From positions 3,968,001 to 4,032,000 of the forward strand of contig OZ219926.1 in assembly GCA_964291405.2 (NCBI GenBank): DNA of 64,000 bases. Reading direction: 5' to 3'. The stretch comes from Thermodesulfobacteriota bacterium (lineage in GTDB: Bacteria > Desulfobacterota > Binatia > Bin18). The stretch's first letter is position 1. Every line of letters begins with the position of its first letter. Both the position numbers and the translations under genes were made by a program. The notes below the pieces were generated by a model. The model ran no database searches, was not told the origin of the DNA, and was given only the letters and a program-made list of their open reading frames with translations. Positions 30,657 to 40,995 of the stretch are shown in pieces.

Positions 30657-32054
30657 ATGAAAACGAGAACCGAAACAGATAGCATGGGAGCGGTCGAGGT
30701 TGCTGCCGACCGATACTGGGGCGCCCAGACCCAGCGCTCGCGGACCAACTTCCCCATCGGTGTCGAGCGTTTCCGTTTTACCCGGCCTATCATCCGGGCC
30801 ATGGGCGTGCTCAAGAAGAGCGCGGCCTTAGCCAACGGTGAGCTGGGACAACTGCCCCAGGAGAAGGTAGACCTGATCGTGCGGGCGGCCGACGAGGTGA
30901 TTTCGGGTGCCCTTGACGACCACTTTCCGCTGGTTGTCTTCCAGACCGGCTCGGGCACGCAGACCAATATGAACACCAACGAGGTGATCTCAAACCGGGC
31001 CATCGAGCTGGCCGGTGGTGAGATGGGCTCAAAGAAACCGATCCACCCCAATGACGATGTGAACCGCGGCCAGAGCTCGAACGATACCTTTCCGACCGCG
31101 ATGCACATCGCCGCGGTCGAACAGCTCGAAGACGTGTTGATTCCAGCCGTCAGCCAGTTAGCCACCACTCTGCACGCCAAGTCTGAGCAATTTAGCGACG
31201 TGGTGAAGGTCGGCCGCACGCATTTGCAGGACGCAACACCGATCACCCTGGGACAGGAGATTGGCGGCTGGGCGGCCCAACTCGACGCCGCGCTTGCCGA
31301 CGTGCGTCGGACCATTCCCGGACTGTGCGAGCTGGCGATCGGCGGAACGGCGGTCGGCACCGGCCTCAACGCCCATCCCCGGTTTGGTGACCTGGCGGCG
31401 GCCAAGATGACGGCCGAGACCGGGCGAACGTTCATCTCGGCGCCGAATAAATTCGCTTCCCTGTCGGCCCATGACGCCATGGTTACCGCCAGTGCCTCGC
31501 TACGGACCCTGGCTGGGGCGTTGATGAAGATCGCGAATGATGTGCGCTGGCTGGCGTGTGGACCGCGGGCAGGGATTGGAGAGATACTGATTCCGGCGAA
31601 CGAACCAGGTTCTTCCATCATGCCGGGCAAGGTCAACCCGACTCAGTCGGAAGCCATAACGATGGTCGCCGTGCAGGTGTTCGGCAACGACGCGGCCGTG
31701 GCCTTCGGCGGTTCGCAGGGCAACTTCCAACTCAACGTGTTCAAGCCGGTGATGGTCCACAATCTCCTCGAGTCCATTCAGCTCATCGCTGACGCATGTG
31801 GCGCCTTCAACGACCACTGTGCCGTCGGTATCGAGCCCAACCTGCCAATGATTAAGGAGCACCTGGGGAGCTCTTTAATGATTGTGACGGCACTCAACCC
31901 ACATATCGGGTATGAGAAGGCAGCCGAGATTGCCAAGAAGGCGCACGGAGACGGGACGAATCTGCGGGAAGCTGCCTTGGCGCTTGGCCACGTAACCGCT
32001 GAACAATATGAAGAGTGGGTGCGGCCAGAGGAAATGACCAGCCCGAAGTCTTAG
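30657..32054 (+). CDS. fumC: Class II fumarate hydratase
   Basis: [11 protein letters not shown] signature, [17 protein letters not shown]. Confidence 0.97.
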   Translation: MKTRTETDSMGAVEVAADRYWGAQTQRSRTNFPIGVERFRFTRPIIRAMGVLKKSAALANGELGQLPQEKVDLIVRAADEVISGALDDHFPLVVFQTGSGTQTNMNTNEVISNRAIELAGGEMGSKKPIHPNDDVNRGQSSNDTFPTAMHIAAVEQLEDVLIPAVSQLATTLHAKSEQFSDVVKVGRTHLQDATPITLGQEIGGWAAQLDAALADVRRTIPGLCELAIGGTAVGTGLNAHPRFGDLAAAKMTAETGRTFISAPNKFASLSAHDAMVTASASLRTLAGALMKIANDVRWLACGPRAGIGEILIPANEPGSSIMPGKVNPTQSEAITMVAVQVFGNDAAVAFGGSQGNFQLNVFKPVMVHNLLESIQLIADACGAFNDHCAVGIEPNLPMIKEHLGSSLMIVTALNPHIGYEKAAEIAKKAHGDGTNLREAALALGHVTAEQYEEWVRPEEMTSPKS

Positions 32055-32184
32055 TCTCTCGTCCACCCTATCGTACAGACTCCCTCTCCTACCATGGGGG
32101 AGGGACAGAGCCTGCCCTGGGCCCTTCACCTGTGCTCAGGACAGGCGTGTCAAAGGAAGGGGTATTCAGTACCCCTTCCAAAGC

Positions 32185-32487
32185 CTATACCGGCAACTTG
32201 GTCATCACCTGCAAGGTTTCATCCTCAATACACTCTTCAATCACCGGTACCCATTTCTGGAACTCGGGATCCTGAGACGCGATTTCCAGAGTCGTCTGGA
32301 CCGAGTTGGCATCCGGGACCTCCCACACGTCAACAACGGTGTTCAAACGACCGATGACGTTGAAATAGCTCCCCTGGAGCTTCCAGTTGCCGTGTTTTTC
32401 CAACTGCGGCGCCAGCGAGCTGAGCATTTCCGTGAATTTCTGGACCTTGCCCGCCCGGAGTTTGATGTGTGCAAATACGTACGCCAT
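32185..32487 (-). CDS. NIPSNAP-family/dimeric alpha-beta barrel protein
   Basis: AAGGAGG RBS; IGRLNTVVDVWE. Confidence 0.75.
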   Translation of the reverse strand: MAYVFAHIKLRAGKVQKFTEMLSSLAPQLEKHGNWKLQGSYFNVIGRLNTVVDVWEVPDANSVQTTLEIASQDPEFQKWVPVIEECIEDETLQVMTKLPV

Positions 32488-32593
32488 ACTGCCTCCTTCG
32501 GTTAGGGGTTAATAGATTAGGGGTTAATAATACCTGTGTTAATGCAATATGCCCTGACTTATCCGGCTGCCTCCCGCGACCTCCTGAATCGAG

Positions 32594-32812
32594 CTAATTA
32601 CGGTCCACCCAATCTTTGCCGGTCTGAAGGGCATAGCGGTCGGCTTCTTCCTGGCTGGTAAAGGTTTGCTCGGTTTCCCGAAGTGGGTAAAATTCATCGA
32701 CCACCCCATCGATCAGCCGAAAGACCCGGGCCACCGGTTTCCAATCGCCGCTATCGAGTTGTTTCGAGCGCGGCTCAATGTAAAAGCCCTCATACTCTTC
32801 GGTATCTGGCAT
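32594..32812 (-). CDS. Small hypothetical protein
   Basis: GGAGG RBS; follows the glutaredoxin-like gene; FTSQEEADRYAL...WVD. Confidence 0.65.
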   Translation of the reverse strand: MPDTEEYEGFYIEPRSKQLDSGDWKPVARVFRLIDGVVDEFYPLRETEQTFTSQEEADRYALQTGKDWVDRN

Positions 32813-32841
32813 CTTCAGACCTCCTTACTCCTTCCCCGCCT

Positions 32842-33081
32842 TCAGGCAATTCCCAACAGCTCCTGGAGCTTGGCCTTCTGAAAACCAATAACGACGGCAT
32901 CGTCAACGGTAATCACCGGTAGAGAGACTCGGCCTGGGAGTTGGCGGAGACGTTCCTGAGCCGCCGCGTCAGTACTGACATCATAGGCAGTGAATGCTAT
33001 GCCTGCCTGCGAAAGAAACTCCTTCGCCACTGCGTATGGGCCTCAGGTGGGGGTGGAATGGACGGCGACTTGTCTCTTCAT
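32842..33081 (-). CDS. Glutaredoxin/NrdH-like selenoprotein (U-G-P-Y site)
   Basis: MKRQVAVHSTPT-TGA-GPYAVAKEFLSQ...SLPVITVD...VIGF; TGA 33043-33045 at the nucleophilic Cys position. Confidence 0.8.
33009..33027 (-). promoter_or_regulatory. Bacterial SECIS element of the glutaredoxin-like gene
   Basis: GCGAAGGA-GTT-TCTTTCGC 8-bp stem (one G-U), loop 23 nt after the UGA. Confidence 0.75.
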
Positions 33082-33163
33082 ACTGTGTTTGTATCGCTTC
33101 GGCCTGTGTCCGGTCAATGTTTCACTGATGGAGCGTCGCGCGCACGCTGACGTATAATGATCT

Positions 33164-33682
33164 ATGCTCATTCGAACCGAAAAAAAGAGCGACCGGGCGG
33201 TAGTCTACCGAATCAATACAGCAGCCTTTGAAAGGTGTGCCGAGGCCGAGCTTGTTGAAACGCTGCGTGAATGCGTACAACCGCTTATTTCGCTCGTTGC
33301 CGAGGAGGACGCGGCAGTTGTCGGTCACATCATGTTCTCGCCGGTCTGTGTGTCGGCAGACTCCAGGCTCAGGCTGATGGGACTGGCCCCAATGGCAGTG
33401 GTACCGGCATATCAACGCCAGGGCATCGGTTCCGCTCTTGTTCGGGCCGGCCTTGAGCGCTGCAAGGCATTGGCATGTAGTGCAGTCGTTGTTCTCGGTC
33501 ATCCGGCGTATTATCCACGCTTCGGGTTTTTACCGGCCTCTCGATTCGGGCTCCGTTGTGAATACAATGTTCCTGACGAGGTATTTCTGGCTATAGAACT
33601 GGAACCCGGAATCTTCGAACGGTATATTCATAATGGCCAGAGCTGCGTGGTGAAATACCATGCCGCGTTCAGCAATGTATGA
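33164..33682 (+). CDS. GNAT N-acetyltransferase (YhbS-like)
   Basis: LAPMAVVPAYQRQGIGSAL, VLGHPAYYPRFGF. Confidence 0.92.
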   Translation: MLIRTEKKSDRAVVYRINTAAFERCAEAELVETLRECVQPLISLVAEEDAAVVGHIMFSPVCVSADSRLRLMGLAPMAVVPAYQRQGIGSALVRAGLERCKALACSAVVVLGHPAYYPRFGFLPASRFGLRCEYNVPDEVFLAIELEPGIFERYIHNGQSCVVKYHAAFSNV

Positions 33683-33787
33683 CACATCGGGTGCGTAATG
33701 CGTGCACGGAGCGCTCGTGGACTGTGCCGCGAAGAAGAACAACATCCCCGTGGCCTGCTGACCCTTCCTCACGTATTATTCCCATCG

Positions 33788-36769
33788 ATGAATTGTCATG
33801 CCATTATCTGCGCCGTCTTTGTCATGGGTCTTATCTTTTCCGCCGGTCCGGTACACGCCGACCCGACTCGGCAAGACAACCAACATCCTCATACGACTTC
33901 CGGTGCCACCGCCATGCAGTCTTCCACGCCGGATACCTGGCACGAAGCCCAACTCGTACGCAATACCCGACAGCTGACCTTCGCAGGTAGGCGCGCCGGT
34001 GAGGGCTATTTCAGCCCGGATGGCTCGCAGCTCATCTTTCAGAGTGAGCGTGAGCCCAACAATCCATTTTTTCAGATTTATGTGATGAATCGCCTCACCG
34101 GGCAGACCCACCGGGTCTCGCCCGGAATCGGTAAGACGACGTGTGCCTGGTTCCATCCCTCCCAAGAAAAAGTCCTATTTGCCTCAACGCATGAAGACCC
34201 GGACGCTGAAAAGAAGCAGCAGACAGAGTTGGAAGAACGCCGCGCGGGCACCCAGCGGCGTTACGAGTGGGATTTTGATGAGCAGTACGACCTTTTTGAG
34301 GCTAAGCTCGACGGAGGCGAGCTGCAGAAGCTGACCGAGGCAAAGGGTTACGACGCCGAGGGTTCCTGGTCTCCGGACGGCGAGTTTATCGCCTTTGCCT
34401 CGAATCGCCACGCCTATGCGGCAACCCTGTCAGCCGAGGAGAAAGAGCGCTTTCAGCAAGACCCGTCATCGCAGATGGACATCTATATCATGCGGGCGGA
34501 TGGGTCAGACGTGCGTCGGTTGACGACCTCGTTGGGCTATGACGGCGGGCCGTTTTTCAGTCCGGACGGTAAACGTCTGGTCTGGCGCCGGTTTTCTCCC
34601 GATGGTGTACAAGCCGAAGTCTGGACCATGCGTATCGATGGCACGGATCAAAAGCAGGTGACGGAGCTGGGGGCCATGTCCTGGGCGCCGTATTTTCATC
34701 CGTCCGGTGACTATCTGATCTTTACGACCAACCGTCACGGTTTTGGGAATTTTGAGCTGTATATCGTGGACACTGAAGGGCGCTCTGAACCGGTGCGGAT
34801 CACCTATACCAACGGCTTTGACGGCCTGCCGGTGTTTGCTCCGGACGGAAAGCGCCTGTCGTGGACCAGCAGTCGGACCGTGGACAAAAAAGCGCAGCTC
34901 TTTTTTGCTGACTGGGATGATGCCGCGGCCCGCTGCCTGTTGGGGCTCGACTCCAGCGGCGCGGCATCCCTCCGAGCGCACGAGGTGCGAACGTGTGAGT
35001 TGCGCCAGACCGTTGCCGAACTCGCCTCCGAGCGCATGGCCGGCCGGCTCACGGGAACGGACGGCGAAAGGCTGGCAACGGAGTACGCAGCCTCGATACT
35101 GGAAAAAAGCGGGCTCGAACCCGCGGGCGACAATGGGACGTTTTTTCAGTCTTTTGAGTTCACTGCCGGTGTCTCCCTTGGTCCGAAGAATGTGCTGGAA
35201 CAACCGTCCGAGTCAGCGTCAGATCAGGCACGGGCGTATGCCATTGATACGGACTGGCGTCCGTTGACCTTCTCGCAGGTAGGCGATTTTGCGCCTGCCG
35301 GCGTAGTCTTTGCCGGCTATGGCATTGTCGCTCCAGCTGTCGACGAGCATCCGGAATATGACTCCTATGCCCATCTGGACGTGCAAGACCAATGGGTTTT
35401 GGTCTTGCGCTATCTGCCCGAAGACATAGACGCCCCCTATCGCCAGCATCTCAACCGCTACGCCAGCCTGCGCTATAAAGCTATGGTTGCCCGCGACCGG
35501 GGGGCACGGGGACTGATCATTGCGAGCGGGCCGAATACCACCGTCAAGGAGCAACTGGTCCCGCTCGTCTTTGACGCCTCACTGGCAGGTAGCAGCATCG
35601 GGGCGGTGTCCGTGACTGACGCGCTGGCCGAGGAGTGGTTCCAGCAGGCGGGTGGGTCGCTGAAAGAGATTCAGGAGACATTAGATACCGGACGGCTCAT
35701 ACCCGGCTTCAGCCTCGATAACCTGACGCTCGGAGCGACGATCGATATTCGGCAGGAGAAACGCCAGGGCCGCAACGTCCTGGCGCGGTTACGCGCGACT
35801 GAGCGCGTGGCGGACGCTGGTATCGTTGTGGTTGGGGCGCATATCGATCACCTGGGCACGGGCCTGGGGAGTGGGTCGCTGGCCCGCGAGGATGAAAAGG
35901 GCCGTATCCATTTTGGAGCCGACGACAATGCCTCCGGCGTGGCAGCCGTCCTGGGCATTGCCAAGACGCTCGCCGCGCAACAAGCCGCAGGTGAGGTGGC
36001 TCTGAAACGCGATATTCTGTTTGCTTTGTGGTCGGGCGAAGAGCTGGGTCTCCTGGGGTCGAGCCACTTCGCCAGGACGTTCGGTCAGACGGAGCAGCAA
36101 ACGCTCGCTCCTGCCATTTCTGCTTATCTCAATCTGGATATGGTCGGCCGACTCGATACCGCCCTGGTGCTGCAAGGCGTTGGTTCAAGTTCGGTCTGGC
36201 CCGAGGAAATTGAACAACACAACGCGCCCATCGGTCTGCCCATCACGCTCCAAAACGACAGCTATCTGCCAACCGATGCGACCTCGTTCTATCTCAAAGG
36301 CGTTCCCGTTCTGAACGCGTTTACCGGCGGACATGCGGAATACCACTCGCCACGCGATACCGTAGAAAAGCTCAACTATGCCGGGCTCACACAAATTACC
36401 CGGCTGATGACCGGCTTGACGCGCTCCTTGGCTAGTACCGAACAGGCACCAGACTATATCCGAATTGAAAAGCCCCGCCACCTCGGCAGCCGTGGCCGCC
36501 TGCGGGCCTATCTGGGTACGATTCCCGACTATGCCCAGGGCAATATCACCGGGGTCAAGCTCTCTGGGGTGGCAACCGGTGGTCCGGCCAATCAGGCTGG
36601 GGTGCAGGCCGGAGATGTGGTGCGTGAGCTGGCGGGCAAGGCGATTGAGAATATCTATGACTACACCTTTGTCCTTGGGGGTCTCAAAGTTGACGAGCCG
36701 GTCGGTATGACGGTCATGCGCAACGGGCAGCGGGTTGAACTGACAATCACACCCGCGTCACGGGAATGA
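33788..36769 (+). CDS. Secreted M28 peptidase with TolB-like (PD40) propeller, PA and PDZ domains
   Basis: Repeated FSPDG motifs; GAHIDH, GADDNASG, SGEELG, NLDM, YHSPRD; YLGTIPD PDZ; start uncertain. Confidence 0.9.
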   Translation: MNCHAIICAVFVMGLIFSAGPVHADPTRQDNQHPHTTSGATAMQSSTPDTWHEAQLVRNTRQLTFAGRRAGEGYFSPDGSQLIFQSEREPNNPFFQIYVMNRLTGQTHRVSPGIGKTTCAWFHPSQEKVLFASTHEDPDAEKKQQTELEERRAGTQRRYEWDFDEQYDLFEAKLDGGELQKLTEAKGYDAEGSWSPDGEFIAFASNRHAYAATLSAEEKERFQQDPSSQMDIYIMRADGSDVRRLTTSLGYDGGPFFSPDGKRLVWRRFSPDGVQAEVWTMRIDGTDQKQVTELGAMSWAPYFHPSGDYLIFTTNRHGFGNFELYIVDTEGRSEPVRITYTNGFDGLPVFAPDGKRLSWTSSRTVDKKAQLFFADWDDAAARCLLGLDSSGAASLRAHEVRTCELRQTVAELASERMAGRLTGTDGERLATEYAASILEKSGLEPAGDNGTFFQSFEFTAGVSLGPKNVLEQPSESASDQARAYAIDTDWRPLTFSQVGDFAPAGVVFAGYGIVAPAVDEHPEYDSYAHLDVQDQWVLVLRYLPEDIDAPYRQHLNRYASLRYKAMVARDRGARGLIIASGPNTTVKEQLVPLVFDASLAGSSIGAVSVTDALAEEWFQQAGGSLKEIQETLDTGRLIPGFSLDNLTLGATIDIRQEKRQGRNVLARLRATERVADAGIVVVGAHIDHLGTGLGSGSLAREDEKGRIHFGADDNASGVAAVLGIAKTLAAQQAAGEVALKRDILFALWSGEELGLLGSSHFARTFGQTEQQTLAPAISAYLNLDMVGRLDTALVLQGVGSSSVWPEEIEQHNAPIGLPITLQNDSYLPTDATSFYLKGVPVLNAFTGGHAEYHSPRDTVEKLNYAGLTQITRLMTGLTRSLASTEQAPDYIRIEKPRHLGSRGRLRAYLGTIPDYAQGNITGVKLSGVATGGPANQAGVQAGDVVRELAGKAIENIYDYTFVLGGLKVDEPVGMTVMRNGQRVELTITPASRE

Positions 36770-36794
36770 ACCCGGCACGGAAACTTCCTACACG

Positions 36795-38045
36795 ATGTCT
36801 TGCTTACGGCGTATTCTGCTGATCCCTGGTGTACTGCATCTCTTGTGTGTCACTGCGAGTGCGGACCTTCCCCTGTACTGGACCGCCCTTGGGCCGGGCG
36901 GCCAGGCGATTGTGCGCGTGGTGTCAACTACGACGGCCTGTCCTGCGCTACAGGTGAATGCCGAGCGCGTTCCGTTGCGCGTACGCGCGTATCCGGCCCC
37001 ACCGGACTTTCCGGTCCTGATCTGCGAGGCTGTGTTGCCGCCCGATGCCGTCAGCGTCACAATGGATGGACGACAACTCCCTCTTTTATCGCGCGCTCCA
37101 GAAAAGATCGTTATCCTGGGTGACACCGGCTGCCGGATGAAAAACACTCTGGTCCAGGCGTGTAACGATCCGAATGCCTGGCCCTTTGCGCGTATCGCCT
37201 GGAGTGCCGCGGCCTGGAAGCCCGACCTGGTGCTACACGTGGGTGATTATTTTTATCGGGATTCGCCCTGTCCAAGCGGCAACACTGCTTGTGCCGGCAA
37301 TCCGTGGGGAGATACCTGGGCCGCTGCTCAGGCCGACTTCTTCGTGCCGGCTGAGCCCTTACTCAGAGCGGCGCCGTGGATATTTGTCAGGGGCAATCAC
37401 GAGGAGTGTCAGCGGACGGGTAATGCCTGGTTTCGTTTACTTGATCCCCGGCCCTTACCCCAGGAATGTACCGACCAGACTGAGCCCTATATTGTGCCAA
37501 TCGGAGAGCGCACACTGTTCGTTCTGGACACCACGACGGCACATGACCTGAGGGCTGCGCCCGAGACCGTCGCCCACTTCGCTACGCAGTTGGCGGCACT
37601 GGCCGAACACCGCCCGGTCTGGCTGTTGTCTCACAAGCCCTTCTGGGCCTTTGGCACGCGAGGGCGGGCGCAGGGTAGAGACGTGCTCTTCCGAACCAAC
37701 CCCACCCTTCAGGCCGCGGTCCGGCAGGGATTACTCGACGGAATTGAATTGGTCCTGTCGGGCCATCTCCACACGGCCGAGTTCCTGGCCTTTACGCAAG
37801 GAGAGCCGCATCAGTTTGTGGTCGGGAATGGCGGAGCGCTGCTCGACCCCCCACTTGCCACCGAACTGGTCGGACTCGACATAGCCGACCGAACGGTCTC
37901 ACAAGCGGAAACGCTGACGGGCTTTGGCTATGTGACGCTGGAGCGGGGGAAGGAGGGCTGGGCGATCACACCACGCGATACCGCAGGACTGCCCCGACCG
38001 TGCCGCTTCAGGAGTACGGGGATGAGTTGCGCGCCGCAGGACTGA
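36795..38045 (+). CDS. Secreted metallophosphoesterase
   Basis: GDTG, HVGDY, RGNHE, GHLH. Confidence 0.88.
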   Translation: MSCLRRILLIPGVLHLLCVTASADLPLYWTALGPGGQAIVRVVSTTTACPALQVNAERVPLRVRAYPAPPDFPVLICEAVLPPDAVSVTMDGRQLPLLSRAPEKIVILGDTGCRMKNTLVQACNDPNAWPFARIAWSAAAWKPDLVLHVGDYFYRDSPCPSGNTACAGNPWGDTWAAAQADFFVPAEPLLRAAPWIFVRGNHEECQRTGNAWFRLLDPRPLPQECTDQTEPYIVPIGERTLFVLDTTTAHDLRAAPETVAHFATQLAALAEHRPVWLLSHKPFWAFGTRGRAQGRDVLFRTNPTLQAAVRQGLLDGIELVLSGHLHTAEFLAFTQGEPHQFVVGNGGALLDPPLATELVGLDIADRTVSQAETLTGFGYVTLERGKEGWAITPRDTAGLPRPCRFRSTGMSCAPQD

Positions 38046-38787
38046 GCAGGTCGCCCACGTCTTTCACAACAATGTCGGCCCCGTTGGCTTTGAGCAAGTC
38101 GCCGTGGCCGCGACGATCAACGCCAACCACCAGACCGAAATTTCCGGCGCGGCCCGACTGTACGCCTGAAATAGCGTCCTCAATCACCACGGCCCGGGCC
38201 GGCAGTACGTCCAGCTTGTCCGCCGCTGCCAGAAACATATCCGGGGCGGGTTTGCCGGCTAGCCGTTCCTGGGCGGCTACCTCTCTATCAACCCGAAGAT
38301 CAAAAAGATGTGTAATCCCAGCTGATCTGAGTACGAGTTCGCAATTTGCGCTGGGCGTGACGACTGCGGTTTTCAGCCCCAGTTGCCGGACATGAGTGGC
38401 AAAGGCCGTGCTGCCAGGGAAGGCCTCCACCCCGTCCGAGGAAATGACCTGATTCACCAGGGTGTCTTTCTGGTTGCCCAAGCCGTGAACCGTCTCCCAA
38501 TCGGGAGGCGCGGCTGGACTGCCTTCCGGTAGCTCGATATGGCGTGATTCGAGAAAGCTTCGCACCCCGTCATCCAGAGCTTTCCCGTCAACATACAGAT
38601 TGTAATCCGCCCGAAGGTCAAAAGGCTGAAAGGACAGGCTGTGGCTTATCGCGTACTGACGCAGAAAGCGGTCAAACATCTCTTTCCAACAGGCAGCATG
38701 AATTTTTGCCGTAGCCGTCAATACGCCGTCCAGATCGAACAGCACGGCGTCAAAGCGCTCAGGAGTAATAAGATTGGAATCGCTCAT
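38008..38787 (-). CDS. Beta-phosphoglucomutase-family HAD hydrolase
   Basis: FDLDGVLT, GKPAPD, IEDAISGV. Confidence 0.88.
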   Translation of the reverse strand: MSDSNLITPERFDAVLFDLDGVLTATAKIHAACWKEMFDRFLRQYAISHSLSFQPFDLRADYNLYVDGKALDDGVRSFLESRHIELPEGSPAAPPDWETVHGLGNQKDTLVNQVISSDGVEAFPGSTAFATHVRQLGLKTAVVTPSANCELVLRSAGITHLFDLRVDREVAAQERLAGKPAPDMFLAAADKLDVLPARAVVIEDAISGVQSGRAGNFGLVVGVDRRGHGDLLKANGADIVVKDVGDLLSPAARNSSPYS

Positions 38788-39046
38788 TCTGGTATGCTTC
38801 TCTTCTCCTTTTTTCGGTCCTCGGTCCCTGAGGGCTCACTGTAGCATAATTCCCTAATGAAATTATTGCCCGGATGTTAGAATGAAGGAATACTTCTGCT
38901 TGGAACTCAAGAGTCACCTGACTGACGACGGTATCCGTATTCTGCCTGCTGCTGAGTTCTGTCACAGGCTGGAGAGGAGTGACCTGTTCTGATACTGGCT
39001 GGAACAATATGCAGGATATTACGGCTGTAGAGGTGGTGGGTTCGAT

Positions 39047-40867
39047 ATGTCCTACGAACAAGGCGTCCTCTTCCCGGAAGAGATAGGCTCTCAAGCAGGT
39101 CAGGCGACTCCGTCTGAGACCCTGCCTGTGTGTGAGACGCCTGAGTATACCTTGGTGACGGAACCGGCTCAGCTTGAGCGCTTGCTTCCCGCCCTGCATG
39201 CCGATCCCGTCTTATCCTGCGATACTGAAACGACCGGGCTCGACTTTCGGACAGACTCACTCCGGCTCGTCCAGATCGCGACACCGGACCACGCCTATCT
39301 GTTTGATGTGCGTCGTATCCCCACTGAAGCGCTTTTCCCCCTGTTCAGTACACCGCGCCGCTGGCTGTTCCACAATGCCAAGTTTGATCTGAAATTTCTT
39401 GTCTCCGCGGGCTGTCCCTGGCTCGATACCGTCTTTGACACCATGCTAGCAAGCCAAGTGCTCAAAGCCGGGCTGCGCGTCCGCCACAGTCTCGAAGAGG
39501 TGGTTGAGCAGGAATTGGGTCGAGCCCTGCCGAAACACTTGCAAACCGCCGACTGGTCGGGAGAACTCAGTCGCGCCCAGTGTGAATACGCCGCTCGCGA
39601 TGTGGGGGTGCTGTGGCCGCTGTACGACCGTTTGCGTCCAGCCCTAGCCGAGGCTGGCCTGGAACGAGCGGCGGAGATTGAATTTCGCTGTGTCAAGGCG
39701 CTGGCTTGGCTGGAACTCGCCGGTATCGCGTTTGACGCCCAGGGCTGGCTGGAGCGGACGCTGGAAGATGAAGCCCAACTCGAAGCGCTTACCCATCAAC
39801 TCCACGCCTACGCCCGGGATGTCGGCATGTCCATAAACTGGGCGTCATCGCAGCAAATCAAGGCCCTGTTCCAGACTCTCGGTATCGAGCTGCCCAATGT
39901 CCGCTCTGCCACGCTCAAGAAAATCGACCATCCCGTCGCTGAGCTTCTGGTCAGCTATAAAGAAGTCGCCAAACGGGTCAGTACCTATGGTCGGAGTGTG
40001 ATCGACTCGTTTTTCGATGCCGACTCGGGACGGATGTATCCGGCGTATTTTCAGAACGGGACAGCCACCGGCCGCATGAGTTGCGGCGGTCCAAACATCC
40101 AGCAGATTCCAAAGGCACGCGCCTTTCGCGCCTGCTTTTGCGCCACCCCGGAAAGTACCCTGATTAAGGCTGACTATTCACAGGTCGAGCTGCGAATTGC
40201 CGCGGTCCTGGCTAACGACTCGACCATGCTGCAAGCGTTTCGAGAGGAAACCGACCTGCACGCCCTGACCGCCTCGCGCATCATGCACATCCCGCTCGAT
40301 CAGGTCGAATCGCACCATCGTCAACTCGCCAAGAGCGTCAATTTCGGCCTGCTGTACGGCATGGGGGTGAACGGCCTGAAACAGGATGCGGAAGCAAAGT
40401 ACGGCGTCCGCATGTCCGACCAGGAAGCGGCCCAATACCACCGCGCGTTTTTTCTCACTTATCAGGGCATCGCCCGCTGGCATCAGCAGGCGAAACAACA
40501 GGCCGAGCAGGTGAGACATCAGGAGATCGGCCTCGCAACCCGCACCCTTACCGGCCGCCGCTTTCTGGGGGTGCGGCACTTTAACGTGCTCCTCAATATC
40601 CCGGTGCAAGGGACGGGTGGCGACGGTCTCAAGCTGGCTCTGGCGCGCTTGTTTGAACACCGCGACCAAGCACCACGGGCGATGCCCGTTGCCTGCGTCC
40701 ACGACGAAATTCTAGTCGAAGCGCCCCTGGCTGACGCCCAAGCCGCCCAGGCCTGGCTGACCAACCATATGGTTGAAGCCATGCGAGAGATCGTAGCGGA
40801 CCGGGTCCCGATTGCAGTCGAAGCGGTGATCGGCAAAAACTGGGCCGGCACGCCGCTAGGTGATTAG
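39047..40867 (+). CDS. Family A DNA polymerase with 3'-5' exonuclease, lacking the 5' nuclease domain
   Basis: ExoI DTETTG, ExoII HNAKFD, ExoIII YAARD; motif A DYSQVELR, B RQLAKSVNFGLLYG, C VHDE. Confidence 0.93.
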   Translation: MSYEQGVLFPEEIGSQAGQATPSETLPVCETPEYTLVTEPAQLERLLPALHADPVLSCDTETTGLDFRTDSLRLVQIATPDHAYLFDVRRIPTEALFPLFSTPRRWLFHNAKFDLKFLVSAGCPWLDTVFDTMLASQVLKAGLRVRHSLEEVVEQELGRALPKHLQTADWSGELSRAQCEYAARDVGVLWPLYDRLRPALAEAGLERAAEIEFRCVKALAWLELAGIAFDAQGWLERTLEDEAQLEALTHQLHAYARDVGMSINWASSQQIKALFQTLGIELPNVRSATLKKIDHPVAELLVSYKEVAKRVSTYGRSVIDSFFDADSGRMYPAYFQNGTATGRMSCGGPNIQQIPKARAFRACFCATPESTLIKADYSQVELRIAAVLANDSTMLQAFREETDLHALTASRIMHIPLDQVESHHRQLAKSVNFGLLYGMGVNGLKQDAEAKYGVRMSDQEAAQYHRAFFLTYQGIARWHQQAKQQAEQVRHQEIGLATRTLTGRRFLGVRHFNVLLNIPVQGTGGDGLKLALARLFEHRDQAPRAMPVACVHDEILVEAPLADAQAAQAWLTNHMVEAMREIVADRVPIAVEAVIGKNWAGTPLGD

Positions 40868-40995
40868 CAGTAGATGGCCCCGGGGCTGCCTCAACAAGAA
40901 GGAATGGTATTGTCGGAGCGCCGGTTGCTGCGCTACAAGTACAGGCGCGAGGGCAGGGAGTCAGACAAAAATCTCGGAGTACTCTCGTTGAGCGC

